Assembly: GCA_963511305.1 (NCBI GenBank)
Contig: CAUPIJ010000002.1
Location: 40,034-104,033 of the forward strand
Source of the DNA: an uncultured Propionimicrobium sp.
GTDB taxonomy: Bacteria > Actinomycetota > Actinomycetes > Propionibacteriales > Propionibacteriaceae
DNA: 64,000 nt
Reading direction: 5' to 3'
The notes below the pieces were generated by a model. The model did not search any database and had not been told where the DNA came from. It saw nothing but the letters and a program-made list of their open reading frames with translations. A program made the translations under genes and the position numbers. Within the stretch, counting starts at the first letter, position 1; each line of letters begins with the position of its first letter. Shown here piece after piece: positions 1 through 8,977 of this stretch.

Positions 1-293
1 CCGACCGCCTGATTTTGGGCGAGGAGGGTTTCATTTCGGTGGTCGCCGCCGTCGATCTGCGCGCTGGCACCATAGTGGCTGGCCCGGACGTTTCGGCCCG
101 CGGTTTCATCGAGGACAGCAACGTCTTCGACGAGGTCACCGAGGAGATCCGCAAGGGAATTCAGGACGCGCTGGACAACGGCCAGGACGACACCTTCCGA
201 CTGCAGCAGGTGGCCAGGCGAATCGTTGGCAGGTGGGTTTCGCGAACCTACCGCCGTCGGCCTATGATCGTTCCGGTGGTGATCGCAATCTAG
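1..293 (+). CDS. rnj: Ribonuclease J, C-terminal fragment (5' end lies outside the window)
   Basis: The frame is open from the window edge (phase from nt 3) to the stop at 291-293. The tail ...VSRTYRRRPMIVPVVIAI and the preceding region resemble the actinobacterial RNase J C-terminal domain. Recognised from memory only. Confidence 0.55.
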   Translation, partial: DRLILGEEGFISVVAAVDLRAGTIVAGPDVSARGFIEDSNVFDEVTEEIRKGIQDALDNGQDDTFRLQQVARRIVGRWVSRTYRRRPMIVPVVIAI

Positions 294-393
294 TGTTGCG
301 CGCATTTTGCTTGAGCGCGTCTGGCTAGATATGATTGCCAGGTTGCGTCCGCGAGGGCGCCTCGAATTATCAATCGCTGCAAGGAGTGTTCCC

Positions 394-579
394 ATGGCTG
401 CCGTATGCGAAATCTGCGGTAAGGGCCCGAGCTTCGGCCACAACGTGCCTTGGTCGAAGAAAAAGACGCCGCGGCGCTGGAACCCGAACATCCAGCGTGT
501 CCGTGCGGTTGTCAACGGCACCCACAAGCGCCTGAACGCCTGCACTGGCTGCATCAAGGCCGGTCGCGTCACGCGCTAA
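394..579 (+). CDS. rpmB: 50S ribosomal protein L28
   Basis: ATG at 394 is preceded by AAGGAG (381-386). The 61-aa product MAAVCEICGKGPSFGHNVPWSKKKTPRRWNPNIQ... is canonical L28. The 307-393 part of the listed ORF is a non-coding extension. Confidence 0.93.
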   Translation: MAAVCEICGKGPSFGHNVPWSKKKTPRRWNPNIQRVRAVVNGTHKRLNACTGCIKAGRVTR

Positions 580-595
580 CTTAAAGGCATTCGAG

Positions 596-627
596 AGGCC
601 CGTCCGTCACGGATGGGCCTTTTGCTT
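596..627 (+). terminator. Rho-independent terminator after rpmB
   Basis: Stem aggcccgtcc / ggatgggcct with a 5-nt loop, followed by tttgcttg. Confidence 0.6.
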
Positions 628-665
628 GCCCAGAATTGTCGGTGCCAGCAGCTAGGGTTTAGATC

Positions 666-2861
666 GTGGATTATCGACTGCGTACTTTTCAGCGCTTCGC
701 GGAGCCGCTGGCTGACGTGCTCGGCGGCAAAACCGCAAAGCCGCTAGCCAGCCTGGGTTTGGTGAGCGTCGGTGATCTGCTGCGCCATTTTCCCAGGCGC
801 TATCTTTCCGGCACGCAGGCCACCGATCTCTCTAGCGTCATGCCCGGCGAGGAGGTCTCGCTGGTTGCCAGGGCGTCGAACATGCAGAAGTATGTGGACG
901 GCCAGCGCTCGCACTTCGCCGCGGACATCGCCGCCCAGACGGGAGCCAGGGGTAAGTCGAGTGCGCGGAAGGGGCGTATGACTGGCTCGCTGCTGGGCAG
1001 CAACGGCGAGATCTCGGTGACTTTCTTCGGCCGCGAATACATGCTCGATTACTGGCATCGCGAGCTGGTCTCTGGGGCCACGGGAATCTTCGTCGGAAAG
1101 GTCGGTGTTTGGCGCAATCAGTTGCAGATGACCAACCCGCAGTTCATAATGCTGGACGAGGCCGGCCGGCCGATCGGCAAGGGAAAACAGGACAAGATCC
1201 GGCTTGCCAATCGGGTGCAGCGTTCCAGTTTCGTGGGCATCTATCCGGCCACCAGATCGGCCAGTACCTGGCTGATCGCAGACGCCGTCGAAGCCTTGCT
1301 CGACCTGCTGGTGAACCTGGATGATCCGCTCCCGGCCGAGCTTTGCGATGAGCTTGGCTTGATGGAGCTGAACCAGGCAGTCAACCAGATTCATCGTCCC
1401 GAAACCCTGGACGGCGACGAGGCCGCCAGGTATCGGCTCAAGTTCGACGAGGCCCTGGCGCTACAGGTTGCCATGGCCAATCGTCGCGAGGCCGCCCAGA
1501 AGAATCATTCCGCTCCGATAGAACGGAGCGCTGAGGGTCTGCTGGCCGATTTCGACGCTCAGCTGCCTTACCGGCTAACCAAGGGGCAGCTCGAGGTGGG
1601 CGAAGAAATCTTCGCGGACATGGCCAAGGATTCTCCGATGCAGCGCCTGCTGCAGGGCGAGGTCGGCTCGGGTAAGACGGTGGTCGCGCTACGCGCGATG
1701 CTGGCCGCGCTCGATGCAGGCAAGCAAGCCGTGCTGATGGCTCCGACCGAGGTTCTGGCGGTGCAGCACCAGAAATCAATGACGCAACTGCTGGCGGGTG
1801 TTGGGGTCGGAGTCGAGCTGCTCACCGGCTCGATGGCCGGTTCAGCGGCTAGGCAGACGCGCGAGCGAATCGCGTCGGGCCAGGCCGGAATCATCGTCGG
1901 CACCCACGCCTTGATCTCTGCCAGCACGAAGTTCAAAGACCTCGGCCTGGTGGTCATCGACGAGCAGCACCGATTCGGCGTCGATCAGCGCCAGCAGCTG
2001 CTGGCCAAGGCCGATTTATGGCCGCACACGTTGGTGCTCACAGCAACCCCGATCCCAAGATCGATAGCCATGACGATCTTCGGTGACCTGGACGTCTCGA
2101 CCCTGCGTCAACTGCCCGCCGGCAGGCAGGAGATTCAAACAACGGTGGTCAATCGCGCCAAGGATCCCGGCTGGGTGCCGAGGATCTGGCAGCGGATGCG
2201 CGAAGAGGTAGAAAACGGCCGGCAGGCATTCGTGGTCTGCCCGCGAATCACCGAGAGCGACGCCGATGTCGAGGAGGGGGCCGCGCCCAGCTCGACGGTG
2301 GAGGGCACCTTCAAGGAGCTGTCTGCCACGCTTTCCGGGCTTCGGATGGCTTGCCTGCACGGCAGGATGGAGCCGGAAGAGAAGGCCCAGGTCATGGCAG
2401 ATTTCGCCGCCGGAAAAACTGATGTGCTGATCGCCACTACTGTCATCGAGGTGGGCGTAGACGTGCCCAACGCCACGATGATGGTCATTCTCGACGCCGA
2501 ACGCTTCGGCGTCGCCCAACTGCATCAGCTGCGCGGACGAATCGGGCGCGGAGGTCACGCTGGGCTCTGCCTGCTGCTGACCAACAGCGCGCCCGGCGAT
2601 TCCCTGCAGCGCCTGGATTGGGTGGCGTCCACCCGAGACGGCTTCCAGCTTGCCGAATACGACCTGCAGGTGCGTAGGGAGGGCAACATCCTGGGGCCGC
2701 AACAGTCCGGCGGCCACTCCGCGCTGCGGCTGCTTCGGGTCAGCACCGACGCCGAGCTGATCGAGCGCACGTCCGAGGTCGCTGAAAAGATTAAAGGCAG
2801 GCCAGATCTAGCTGATCTGCGTCACGACATGGCGTGCTCGATCGAGTCGCAGGACACCTAG
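666..2861 (+). CDS. recG: ATP-dependent DNA helicase RecG
   Basis: 731 aa with a GTG start. Carries Walker A GEVGSGKT, VVIDEQHRFG, LTATPIPR and the QLHQLRGRIGRG helicase motifs. Confidence 0.93.
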   Translation: MDYRLRTFQRFAEPLADVLGGKTAKPLASLGLVSVGDLLRHFPRRYLSGTQATDLSSVMPGEEVSLVARASNMQKYVDGQRSHFAADIAAQTGARGKSSARKGRMTGSLLGSNGEISVTFFGREYMLDYWHRELVSGATGIFVGKVGVWRNQLQMTNPQFIMLDEAGRPIGKGKQDKIRLANRVQRSSFVGIYPATRSASTWLIADAVEALLDLLVNLDDPLPAELCDELGLMELNQAVNQIHRPETLDGDEAARYRLKFDEALALQVAMANRREAAQKNHSAPIERSAEGLLADFDAQLPYRLTKGQLEVGEEIFADMAKDSPMQRLLQGEVGSGKTVVALRAMLAALDAGKQAVLMAPTEVLAVQHQKSMTQLLAGVGVGVELLTGSMAGSAARQTRERIASGQAGIIVGTHALISASTKFKDLGLVVIDEQHRFGVDQRQQLLAKADLWPHTLVLTATPIPRSIAMTIFGDLDVSTLRQLPAGRQEIQTTVVNRAKDPGWVPRIWQRMREEVENGRQAFVVCPRITESDADVEEGAAPSSTVEGTFKELSATLSGLRMACLHGRMEPEEKAQVMADFAAGKTDVLIATTVIEVGVDVPNATMMVILDAERFGVAQLHQLRGRIGRGGHAGLCLLLTNSAPGDSLQRLDWVASTRDGFQLAEYDLQVRREGNILGPQQSGGHSALRLLRVSTDAELIERTSEVAEKIKGRPDLADLRHDMACSIESQDT

Positions 2862-2923
2862 CGCTGTTGATTGCCCTTGTAAAGCTGGTTTGGGCGCGTA
2901 AAGCGCGTTTAGACGCGAAAATT

Positions 2924-2966
2924 TGCCGGCTGGCGACGCTCCCAGCCGGCACCCAGCCTTTTTATT
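2924..2966 (+). terminator. Terminator hairpin after recG
   Basis: Stem tgccggctgg / ccagccggca followed by cccagccttttta. It sits between convergent genes. Confidence 0.5.
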
Positions 2967-3378
2967 ACTTTTCTTCGCCGAAGGCGAAGTTGCGCCCGGA
3001 GATCTCCTTGGTGGGTGTGACGCGGACGTAGTTCGGCTTTACCGTCGGCACCCAGGGCAGCAGCGGCAGCTTGTCGAGCAGCCTCAGCTCGGCCTCGTCG
3101 GTCACTACCTCGCCGCGGCCGTCGAGCAGCACGCTCCAGCCGGTCTCCTCGTTCCAGCCGTCGGCCTCGAAGCAGACGTGGCTGTTGGTGGCCAGCGCGT
3201 CGAGCTTGCTGCCTTCGGCGGAGCGGAAGACGATGGACTCGCCGTCCACCGCGTAGTTGATCGGGAAAATAGTCGGGGTGCCGTCCTGGTCGATGACTGC
3301 CAGGCGGCCCAGGGTCTGGGAGGCCAGGTAGCCCCAGCAGGAGGCTTCGGGGATTATCGATACTGGAGAATCGCTCAT
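2965..3378 (-). CDS. Pyridoxamine 5'-phosphate oxidase family (FMN/F420-binding split-barrel) protein
   Basis: 137 aa. The pattern C..LL....LGRLAV.D.DG.P.IFPINY.VDG.SIVFRS..GSKL is typical of the PPOX-class family. The opposite-strand ORF 2923-3414 has antisense-like composition. Confidence 0.72.
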   Translation of the reverse strand: MSDSPVSIIPEASCWGYLASQTLGRLAVIDQDGTPTIFPINYAVDGESIVFRSAEGSKLDALATNSHVCFEADGWNEETGWSVLLDGRGEVVTDEAELRLLDKLPLLPWVPTVKPNYVRVTPTKEISGRNFAFGEEK

Positions 3379-3432
3379 GTTCTAATCATCGCCTATTTTC
3401 GCCCAATTTGTTAGCTAGATAACCTACTTAGC

Positions 3433-4005
3433 GTGAGCAGAATTATTGCGGGTAGCGCGAAGGGTGCCAGATTGAAGGCTCCCGCGGGCGCGAAGACCCG
3501 CCCCACGACGGATCGCACGCGCGAGGCGTTGTTCAGCTCGCTGGTCACTTGGTTTGACTGCGCAGACGCCGAGACATCCTCTCAGCTGGCCGGGGTGGAG
3601 GTGCTCGATCTGTTCGCTGGTAGTGGGGCAATCGGCCTGGAGGCAGCCAGTAGGGGAGCCAGCGTCACCCTGGTCGAGAAGACCAAGCCTGCCGCCGCGG
3701 TGATCACGGCGAACATGAAGGCCACCAGGCTTTCCGCGAAACTCGCCAACTGCACGGTCGAATCCTTCCTCGAATCCGAGCCCAGGCCATTCGATCTGGT
3801 CTGGCTAGACCCGCCCTATGGCTTTGCCACCGTGAAGATTAACTCGCTGATCGCTAGACTTACCGAAGGCTGGCTGGGTGCCGACGCCTTGGTGGTGGTT
3901 GAGCGCTCGGTCAGAGACGAGCCGCCGACTTGGCCCGCGCGATACGACGAGTCGTGGCAAAAGAAGTATGGCGAAACCGCGCTCTACTACGCCAGATGCA
4001 GTTAA
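3433..4005 (+). CDS. rsmD: 16S rRNA (guanine966-N2)-methyltransferase RsmD
   Basis: 190 aa with a GTG start. Shows RIIAG...TRPTTDRTREALFS, the LDLFAGSGAIGLEA SAM motif and the LDPPY catalytic motif. Lies upstream of coaD as in many bacteria. Confidence 0.85.
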   Translation: MSRIIAGSAKGARLKAPAGAKTRPTTDRTREALFSSLVTWFDCADAETSSQLAGVEVLDLFAGSGAIGLEAASRGASVTLVEKTKPAAAVITANMKATRLSAKLANCTVESFLESEPRPFDLVWLDPPYGFATVKINSLIARLTEGWLGADALVVVERSVRDEPPTWPARYDESWQKKYGETALYYARCS

Positions 4006-4025
4006 ACATCTGTAGTTAGGAAACC

Positions 4026-4508
4026 ATGAAAAAGTCAGTAATCGCAGTCGTGCCGGGGTCATTCGACCCCATCACGCTCGGCCATCTAGACATCATCACC
4101 CGCGCAGCCGCGGTGTTTAACAAGGTAATCGTCGCGGTCGGCCGCAACTCCTCCAAGAACTACATGTTCACGCCCGATCGCCGCCTCGAGCTGGTGGCAA
4201 ACGCTGTCGCCGACATGCCCAACGTTCGAGCGGCAAGCATCGACGGGCTGCTGATCGACTTCTGCCGCGAAAACGACGCCTCGGTGATCGTCAAGGGCGT
4301 GCGGTTCGGCTCCGACTTCGACTACGAGCTGCAGATGGCTCAGATGAACCGCGCGCTGTCTGGCATCGAGACCGCGCTGCTGCCCGCCGGGCGCCAATAC
4401 GGCACCGTCTCGAGCACGATCCTGCGCGAGGTGGCCCACAACGGCGGCGACATCAGCCAGTTCGTCACTCCGGCGGTCAACCAGGCCGTGCAGGAAGTTG
4501 TGAAGTAG
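4026..4508 (+). CDS. coaD: Phosphopantetheine adenylyltransferase
   Basis: 160 aa. Shows PGSFDPITLGHLDII and the SSTILRE motifs. Confidence 0.95.
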   Translation: MKKSVIAVVPGSFDPITLGHLDIITRAAAVFNKVIVAVGRNSSKNYMFTPDRRLELVANAVADMPNVRAASIDGLLIDFCRENDASVIVKGVRFGSDFDYELQMAQMNRALSGIETALLPAGRQYGTVSSTILREVAHNGGDISQFVTPAVNQAVQEVVK

Positions 4509-4557
4509 TTTTCCGCTTGCCGAAAAACTGTCAGCCCGATGTGCTTGGCTTAAAGGC

Positions 4558-5061
4558 ATGAGAAATCCATACGAGGGCGTTCCCGCGCCCGCAAAACTCG
4601 ACGTCACCAGCGCCGACTTCGCCGATGGTCAGATCCTGCCGCGCGATACCACCGCCAGCGAGGGTGGCCAAAACATCTCGCCGCAGCTTTCCTGGTCGGG
4701 GGCGCCGGAGGGCACCAAGGCCTTCTATATTCACTGCTACGACCCGGACGCCCCGACCCCGTCGGGCTACTGGCACTGGTCGCTGGTCAACATTCCAGCC
4801 GACATCACCTCGCTCGATCGTGACGCGGCCAAGAGTCCACCGGCAGGCACGGTGACGTTGCGCAACGACAACGGCCAACGCGAGTACATGGGTGCTGCTC
4901 CGCCGGCTGGCCACGGCCCACACCGCTATTTCTTCACGGTTTACGCGCTTGACGCCCCGTTAGAGGTGGACGAAAATACCACCGCCACCACAGCGGCTTT
5001 CCTAGCCAGGATGCATACCCTGGCAAGGGGAAGCGTGGTTGGCATCTGGGAAAACAAGTGA
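4558..5061 (+). CDS. YbhB/YbcL family Raf-kinase-inhibitor-like (PEBP) protein
   Basis: 167 aa. Shows ISPQLSWSGAPEGTKAF...DPDAP...WHW...GHGPHRYFFTVYALD, which is diagnostic of bacterial PEBP. Confidence 0.85.
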   Translation: MRNPYEGVPAPAKLDVTSADFADGQILPRDTTASEGGQNISPQLSWSGAPEGTKAFYIHCYDPDAPTPSGYWHWSLVNIPADITSLDRDAAKSPPAGTVTLRNDNGQREYMGAAPPAGHGPHRYFFTVYALDAPLEVDENTTATTAAFLARMHTLARGSVVGIWENK

Positions 5062-5165
5062 TTTAACCGGTAGGAAAAACTCGGGCCATGTTTGCTCAAG
5101 GCGCAGCCCGAGATCGTTTTGCTCATTTCTAAATGAAATAGAGAAGAGCAGGCTTCTTTGTGGTT

Positions 5166-5489
5166 CTAGATGCGTCGGTGTTTGAAACTTAAGACGATTT
5201 GCAAAATTAATAGCACAGCAATCAAAAACCACCCAGCTAAAGACAGGTCAGCTGTACGCTGAGCTAAAAAATCGTAGACATCTATGTCTAGGTTTCGCTT
5301 AAAAAGATGAGTTAAGAACCGCGGAAGATAGATGGCAAGTATGGCTAAGACGAACATAACCAACTGTATTGGAAAGGAACTTCTGGCATTTTTAGTAAAA
5401 AATAGCCGGAGGGTGTTTATAACCAAAAAGAGTAGGTATACCCCGCAGAAGAATGCAGTAAGTAACAATACGATTAGCTGCCAATTCAT
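5166..5489 (-). CDS. Small integral membrane protein (about 3 TM), unknown function
   Basis: 107 aa with three hydrophobic segments. AGGAGCGG lies upstream of the ATG. I recognise no family. Confidence 0.55.
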   Translation of the reverse strand: MNWQLIVLLLTAFFCGVYLLFLVINTLRLFFTKNARSSFPIQLVMFVLAILAIYLPRFLTHLFKRNLDIDVYDFLAQRTADLSLAGWFLIAVLLILQIVLSFKHRRI

Positions 5490-5497
5490 TTCCGCTC

Positions 5498-5872
5498 CTA
5501 GTTGCAGGTGACCGGGTTAACGGAGTTTGGCCTTCTCGACGGCTCTAGGTTCCAAGGTACCTTAATCATTCCGTATCGAGCGTGGCAGAAGAACTGTTTA
5601 CGCATACTCTGGTCTAAGAGTTGAGCTTTTAGAGCTTGTTCTTCGGCATTAGATGAATCAAGGTAAAGGGCTATCTCTTCATCGGTTGGAACAGACCCGA
5701 ATTGTTCTAGGTAGGAAGTATATTCGGCATTATCTGGTACGTAGCCGAATGCCTGTTCAAAGAATTCTTTATGCTCAGACGGAATGCTGTCTGCAGCTTG
5801 AGAAAGCGGCGAGCACGCTAGCGAAACGGATAAGGACAAGCCAAGTCCTACGAGGAGTCTGGCAAGTTTCAT
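5498..5872 (-). CDS. Small secreted protein or lipoprotein, unknown function
   Basis: Start chosen at MKLARLLVGLGLSLSVSLAC..., with GAGGAG 6 nt upstream. The signal peptide has a possible lipobox-like SLAC or an SQA/AD cleavage site. Two C-terminal Cys are spaced 27 residues apart. Confidence 0.55.
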   Translation of the reverse strand: MKLARLLVGLGLSLSVSLACSPLSQAADSIPSEHKEFFEQAFGYVPDNAEYTSYLEQFGSVPTDEEIALYLDSSNAEEQALKAQLLDQSMRKQFFCHARYGMIKVPWNLEPSRRPNSVNPVTCN

Positions 5873-6202
5873 GTCTCTCCTCAAGGTGAATGAATGCAGC
5901 AAGACCACTACACAAGAATTAGGTTAGCCTCGCCTGTTTTGCTTTTGATTTAGTTCCACTAGGTTGTCAGGGGTTTAAGGAAACGGTCGGCAGTGCTTGT
6001 GATTCCGAGGCTAGTTGTTTTGGTTATTAAGGCTGTCTCGTCCTGCTAGGCTGCTCCTTGGGTTCATTTCGGTTTGATTCCTGTTGCGGTCTTGAATTTT
6101 GACCCTTGCCGGGTGCCGCGTTATGCTAGAGCGCTGTTGCACGCTAGCCGCGTGCTGATGAAGAATTTGAACTTACAATCTAGTGGAAGAGGGCTCGCGA
6201 CC

Positions 6203-6646
6203 GTGCCTACATACAGCCCAAAGCCTGGTGACCTGACCAGGAACTGGCTCGTCATTGATGCTGAGGACGTTGTCCTCGGCAGGTTGGCGACCACTGTTGC
6301 CAACTTGCTTCGTGGTAAGCACAAGCCGACCTACGCGCCGCACATGGACGGCGGAGATTTCGTAGTCGTCGTCAACGCTGGCAAGGTGTCGCTTTCCGGC
6401 AAGAAAGTCGAAGATGATATGCGCTACACCGTCACCGGTGGTCCCGGCGGCTTGAAGGCGGTTCCCGCTGGTGTGCTGCGCGATAAGGATCCGCGGAAAC
6501 TGGTTGAGCGCGCTGTCTGGGGCATGATGCCGAAGAACAAGCTAAGCCGCCGCCAGATGGGCAAGCTGAAGGTTTACGCAGGTGCCGAGCACCCGCACGC
6601 CGCTCAGAAGCCCCAGCCCTACGAGATCAAGAAGGTCGCGCAGTAG
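6203..6646 (+). CDS. rplM: 50S ribosomal protein L13
   Basis: GTG at 6203 with GGAAGAGGG upstream. The 147-aa product [29 protein letters not shown]... is canonical L13. The upstream part of the 6074 ORF is rejected. Confidence 0.92.
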   Translation: MPTYSPKPGDLTRNWLVIDAEDVVLGRLATTVANLLRGKHKPTYAPHMDGGDFVVVVNAGKVSLSGKKVEDDMRYTVTGGPGGLKAVPAGVLRDKDPRKLVERAVWGMMPKNKLSRRQMGKLKVYAGAEHPHAAQKPQPYEIKKVAQ

Positions 6647-6667
6647 GCGCGAAGGTAAGGACTTACA

Positions 6668-7198
6668 GTGACTGAAACGCAGACTGAAGACCTCTCCGTA
6701 GAGGCCACCGGAACCGAAGGTTTCGTTGACGAGAACGACCGTAACATTGCTTACCGTTCCGATTCGGCGCCGCAGACCGCAGCCGCTAACGCCGACCGCT
6801 CCGCTGTGATCGCCCCCGGTCACGGCACTGGTCGCCGCAAGCAGGCCGTCGCCCGCGTTCGCCTGATCCCGGGTTCAGGTAACTTCACCATCAATGGCCA
6901 CAAGCTCGATGAGGTTTTCCCCGACAAGCTGCACCAGCAGACCATCAAGGAGCCGCTGGTTACTCTCGGTGTGGAAGACGCTTACGACGTTGTCGTCCGC
7001 GTCAACGGCGGCGGCACCTCCGGCCAGGCTGGTGCGCTTCGCCTGGGCATCGCCCGCGCGCTGAACCTGATCGACCGCGACGCCAACCGTCCTGCCCTGA
7101 AGAAGGCTGGTCTGCTGACCCGCGACGCGCGTAAGAAGGAGCGCAAGAAGGCAGGTCTCAAGAAGGCCCGCAAGGCTCCGCAATACTCGAAGCGTTAA
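6668..7198 (+). CDS. rpsI: 30S ribosomal protein S9
   Basis: 176 aa with a GTG start. Has an actinobacterial-type N-terminal extension followed by [14 protein letters not shown]...[19 protein letters not shown]...[18 protein letters not shown]. Confidence 0.93.
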   Translation: MTETQTEDLSVEATGTEGFVDENDRNIAYRSDSAPQTAAANADRSAVIAPGHGTGRRKQAVARVRLIPGSGNFTINGHKLDEVFPDKLHQQTIKEPLVTLGVEDAYDVVVRVNGGGTSGQAGALRLGIARALNLIDRDANRPALKKAGLLTRDARKKERKKAGLKKARKAPQYSKR

Positions 7199-7211
7199 TT
7201 ACTTTTGCAAC

Positions 7212-7259
7212 AAGAGAACCGCTGCCCGGCAGGGTGGCGGTTCTCTTGGTTTCTTTGAA
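7212..7259 (+). terminator. Rho-independent terminator after rpsI
   Basis: 11-bp stem aagagaaccgc / gcggttctctt followed by ggtttcttt. Confidence 0.65.
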
Positions 7260-7327
7260 AAAGTTCACCGGGCTGTGCCCAGCAGAGTATCTTTATTCGA
7301 TCTACTGCCAATACAGAAAGCAGCGAT

Positions 7328-8053
7328 ATGGAAACACTCGAACAGCCCGCTTGGTCGCTGAGCCGCAGGCTTGGTGCTTGGGGAGTTCATTTCTTCACGA
7401 TGACTGGCCTGATTTGGGCAGTGCTTGCCATTGGAGCGTTGAATTCGGGCCAAATCAAGTTGATGTGGCTTTGGCTGGGTGTCTCGTTGGTTGTCGATTC
7501 TATTGACGGCCCGATCTCACGCAAGATCCGTGTCACAGAAATATATCCGTGGTTTTCTGGGGCCATGGTCGACAATATCGTCGACTACATGACGTGGACG
7601 CTGATCCCGGTGCTATTCATCGCGGCTCAAGTACCCTTGGGGCCCCGTCCGCTGGTTTATGTGGCCGTCGCGATGATCTTGATGTCGTCGATGTTCTGCT
7701 ACGCGAACACCAAGATGAAATCACATGATTGGTACTTTGTCGGGTTCCCGGCTGCCTGGAATATCGTCGCTGTCGTCATGTGGATATTCCAGACGACGAC
7801 GGCCGTCAACTGGGTGGTCATCGTCGTATTCTCGCTGCTGGCTCTCATTCCGTGGAAGTGGGTGCATCCTTTCAGGGTTGTGAAGCTGCGAAAGATCACT
7901 TCGGTGTCGGCTTGCCTTTGGGGCTTGGCAACCGCAGTTTTAGTGGTTACTTTCCCTAGCCGTCCGTGGTGGCTAATAACCCTGTGGTTAATCAGCGGGT
8001 TGTGGATAATTCTGGTTGGAGCGCTGCGCACCTTCACCCGGCTGCTGGACTAG
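7328..8053 (+). CDS. CDP-alcohol phosphatidyltransferase, phosphatidylcholine-synthase (Pcs)-like
   Basis: 241 aa, polytopic. The motif D-S-I-D-G-P-I-S-R-(12 aa)-G-x3-D-x3-D has the 12-residue spacing that I recall as typical of Pcs rather than the 8-residue spacing of other family members. The N-terminus WGVHFFTMTGLIWAVLAI is also Pcs-like. Confidence 0.65.
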   Translation: METLEQPAWSLSRRLGAWGVHFFTMTGLIWAVLAIGALNSGQIKLMWLWLGVSLVVDSIDGPISRKIRVTEIYPWFSGAMVDNIVDYMTWTLIPVLFIAAQVPLGPRPLVYVAVAMILMSSMFCYANTKMKSHDWYFVGFPAAWNIVAVVMWIFQTTTAVNWVVIVVFSLLALIPWKWVHPFRVVKLRKITSVSACLWGLATAVLVVTFPSRPWWLITLWLISGLWIILVGALRTFTRLLD

Positions 8054-8942
8054 GCGTTGCCAGGTTTCTATAGACGCGCCGGTCTAGCCAAACCTTTGAG
8101 CCCTCCAGCGCGAATGTGCTAGCGATGAGCAGGACGATCACGACGATGACGATGGGCGGATACCCCTTGCCGTTAATCGCAAAATAGACGTATGGAGCGA
8201 TGAAGGTGGCGATAGTTATCAGCATGCCAGCCAGACGCATCAGGAATTTCTTGGCGGTGAACATAGTCAGGATTCCCCAGGTGTAGGGGATCGCGGTGCC
8301 GAGATCAATCGCCCACAATGCCCACAAAGAGCCCTCGAACTGTTTGACGAAGGTAACCGGCAGCACCCGCAGCGCGGAATAGACGAGCACTACGACATAG
8401 GCCCAGAACTTGAAGTTCGTGAGAAGTCGGATTGTCCGGGAACGGGGGATCAACTTGATGCCGTGGTTGGATAATTTTTTGGCGTGCTTGGCGGATACCA
8501 GAAGGCTGTCTTGGCCGTCTAATACCTTGCGTAGAAATGCGAGTCCAGGCTGGTCGCCGCTTTCGAGCACGCGCTCAATGAGCTTCCGGGGTGCTAGACC
8601 CATTGGGGTTATTTCTCGGCCATCAACCAGTTGTTTTGGGCCCAGTTGCTCGATTGGCAGGAGACCCTCGCAGCGAGCTATCTCAGCATCAGTCATCGGT
8701 GCTAGCCAGAGCCGTTCGCGCTTGCGAAAGGCATCGCGAACCGCCGAAAAGAAGTATTCGCGCTGTTGCTCAGTCTGTGGAATATCGATGCCGGGCAGCT
8801 CGCGGATTTGGCTGTCGCGCAGATCGCATAGCCGATCTATTCCGGCAGCTTTGGCGACGGCTTGTGGCCAAAGCTCGAAGGAAGCTCCGACTGAAGGGCT
8901 GAGCGAAAATCTCATCGCGAATAATCTATCGTGCGTGGCCAA
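8034..8942 (-). CDS. Hypothetical membrane protein (soluble N-terminal half plus about 4 C-terminal TM)
   Basis: 302-aa ORF with coding-like composition. The opposite-strand ORFs are Arg/Ser-rich artefacts. I recognise no family, and the start is uncertain (M1 or M10). Confidence 0.5.
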   Translation of the reverse strand: MATHDRLFAMRFSLSPSVGASFELWPQAVAKAAGIDRLCDLRDSQIRELPGIDIPQTEQQREYFFSAVRDAFRKRERLWLAPMTDAEIARCEGLLPIEQLGPKQLVDGREITPMGLAPRKLIERVLESGDQPGLAFLRKVLDGQDSLLVSAKHAKKLSNHGIKLIPRSRTIRLLTNFKFWAYVVVLVYSALRVLPVTFVKQFEGSLWALWAIDLGTAIPYTWGILTMFTAKKFLMRLAGMLITIATFIAPYVYFAINGKGYPPIVIVVIVLLIASTFALEGSKVWLDRRVYRNLATPSPAAG

Positions 8943-8977
8943 AACTGCAGCGTTTTATCGCAGCATATGCTGGGAGC

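Larger units (their letters stand above)
5062..6070. other. AT-rich islet between the PEBP gene and rplM
   Basis: Composition shifts visibly (long A/T runs, AT-rich codons) relative to the GC-rich flanks. It contains two small minus-strand genes. Confidence 0.6.

Noticed and set aside
307-393. N-terminal extensions of listed ORFs (rpmB 307-393; likewise rplM 6074-6202, carD 13309-13398, rpoA 22178-22198, truB 43629-43724, HPr 54592-54633, DUF1540 31006-31038)
   Set aside because: The conserved protein N-termini begin at internal starts that have good SD sequences. The upstream in-frame stretches are not part of the known families.
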